Assembly: GCA_010015585.1 (NCBI GenBank)
Contig: ML975176.1
Reading direction: 5' to 3' (one strand)
DNA: 64,000 nucleotides
DNA from: Eremomyces bilateralis CBS 781.70
Taxonomy: Eukaryota
In this document: piece after piece, positions 62,100-64,000 of the stretch
Position numbering within the stretch: the stretch's first letter is position 1
How the letters are laid out: the number at the start of each line of letters is the position of its first letter
Made by a program: the position numbers and the translations under genes
The notes under the pieces: generated by a model
Database searches by the model: none
What the model was told of the DNA's origin: nothing
What the model saw: the letters and a program-made list of their open reading frames with translations, nothing else

Positions 62100-64000
62100 A
62101 GGGTGAGCCTTCTGAGATAGAGATTCGTACGTAGGTGGAATTTCTCTTTCTAAAATAGGAATTCGTACGGAAGGGGTGATTCATTTGACTCAGTAAGGTG
62201 TAGTTATAAGTCTAAGCTTCTGTCCTATGGATACTCGATTCCTCCTTTTCCCTCTCCTCCTCCTCCCCTTTCTCCTTCTCCTCTTCCTCTTCCTTCTTCT
62301 CTTCCTCTTCCTTCTCTTCCTGATTCTCTTGATCCTCCTCTTCGTTTTACTTCCTCCTGCTTGATTCCAAATTAATTTATTATCGTACGAGCACCTCCTC
62401 TATCAATCTTAGAGCTTATCCAAGTAGATTACTCTTTTTTTAAGCAATCTCCTTGTAGAGATGATGTAAACTCCACTTTGATCTCGTACGCACCTCTTCT
62501 AACCGTGTTACCGCAAGGAGAGCTGGTATTCTCTTCGCCTCAGATACTGTACGGATATAATCGATAATAGCTTTTCTACGACTATACCACGTCTTCTCTG
62601 AATCTTTCTGTCGCCATAAGGCACCATAACTTAACTCTAACGCTTGTACGGAAGGATTAGGTGCAAATCCTTCAAACCACTCTCGCCAGAGTTGATCAAC
62701 GGTTTCTACCGTACGAGACATAGTATAGATTGGCTCTCCATTCTCTTTAATCGGCCGATCAGGTAGCGGTGGTACAGTCGAAGGGCTGGCGGCCAATAGC
62801 GGTAGAGCTGAAGAGGTGGTAGGAGTAGAGCGTGCGATAGAAACCGGAGTTTCTATTACCGGCGTTGAAGGTATTCCCGTGCCGGGAGCGGCCGTCCGAA
62901 CCGCTGGCAATGGATCCTGGAGTAAGGATAAGTGTCCTACATTAAGGTAAAGAGGTGTTCTGCCACTGAATACATCATCTAGAACCGTACGCTGGCGGCA
63001 CTGTTCCGTACGAAGAGAGTCGAACATCTCTTGTAATCTTTGTCCAATATTGGTCTCCATCACACTCAACCGATCTGCAATTATCGGAACAGCTTATCGT
63101 ACGAGTACATCTTGCGGTTGAACTACTTCAGCAGCAAGAGTTTGCCTCATCCTCCGCATAAAGTCAAGGTACTCCGGATCAGAGAAGATCGGATGCTGGA
63201 AGAGAGGGTGGTGTGGAAACTCATCGCGGATTAGTACGAAGTCCTGAAGAAGCACCGTACGAAGATAATCAAGTAGCCGGAGGAAGGCCTTTCCAGCAAG
63301 GTCATTCCGATCTCCCTCACCCTGTTCTTCTAACTGGTGATCCTCACGCACGGTGCTCTCATTCTGTTGGAACCGCTCGATCCACTCGTCCACCCATGGC
63401 CAGATCTTCCGTACGAGAGTCTCAGGAGGCAGGACCTGTGCTCGCGGAATGAAGTAGTCTCCTCGGCCGCTGGGAGAGAAGCCAGCGGCTGCTCGTACGA
63501 ACTTTCGGGGAATGTGGCTGAGGTATGCATTCGACATGGAATCCGAATTCCATCGTCCAGCTCTCTGAATCTGAGATTCGCTGACCCCAAGTATCTCCGC
63601 ATGCTGAGCACCTTGCTTTCGTCCGGCATGTGTCTTCTTGTATGAAGAGATCTCATAGCGGTCAAAGATCTCATTGACCTACTGCAGCTGAGTAGCGTAC
63701 GAGAGAGGATGGGTATTCTGGCCACCTTTCAAAATCTTCGTCCGATACTAATCTGAGCGCTGCTTGAAGGTCGGCGGCGGTTCTTTCTCAAGGTCCCAGC
63801 GGAAGAAGAGGTAGAACGCCAGTTGAGAGACTAAACATTTCCAATGCTCCTTGTGCCGTACGGTAACACCATACTCTAGCTTCCCAAAGGCGTTTGTCTT
63901 CCCGTTGTCTATAATCATACAGAGAACACGGCAATCTGTTGCTCCTTCATTCTGCAGCGGGACGGCGAAGAGATCAGGCAGTTCTCCGTTTCGTACAGTC
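62100..64000 (-). mobile_element. Crypton-type tyrosine-recombinase transposon (Ndc10-II-like YR + GCR1_C), RIP-mutated, runs off the window end
   Basis: One reading frame 64000->62440: ...DLFAVPLQNEG...IDNGKTNAFGKLEYG..RH...KKTHAGRKQGAQHAE...RAGRWNSDSMSNAYL..., then C-terminal YTMSRTVETVDQLWREWFEG...WYSRRKAII (GCR1_C-like). Stops at 63748, 63679 and 63094. The 3' boundary is approximate. Confidence 0.85.

Overview
This is a compact filamentous ascomycete (Pezizomycotina) chromosomal segment with short (~45-110 nt) GT-AG introns. Positions ~3-54 kb carry about 20 intact genes: a GPI-type Gly/Ser-rich cell-wall protein, hymA/Mo25, a CAK-like kinase, two MCH-type MFS transporters, PRI1, a delta-8 sphingolipid desaturase, two Zn2Cys6 factors, IST1, a propeller-PPxY-CaaX protein, TED1, RPL23, MOCS2A/cnxG, alpha-COP, a spherulin/germin cupin, a GH5 exo-1,3-beta-glucanase, a 2-hydroxyacid dehydrogenase and a ZNF207/BuGZ homolog, plus a decayed 2OG-Fe(II) oxygenase. 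Both window ends are repeat-associated. On the left lie a RIP-mutated DD34E Tc1/mariner element with TIRs and a possible hAT-like terminus. On the right (>54.3 kb) lie degraded genes, an array of five palindromic repeats, an acyl-CoA thioesterase, a RIP-type gene fragment and a RIP-mutated Crypton-type tyrosine-recombinase element. The most unusual signal is 13 copies of the palindrome CGTACG in ~1.74 kb of that element, spread over all three codon phases. Gene identities come from motif recognition by eye; no database searches were run.
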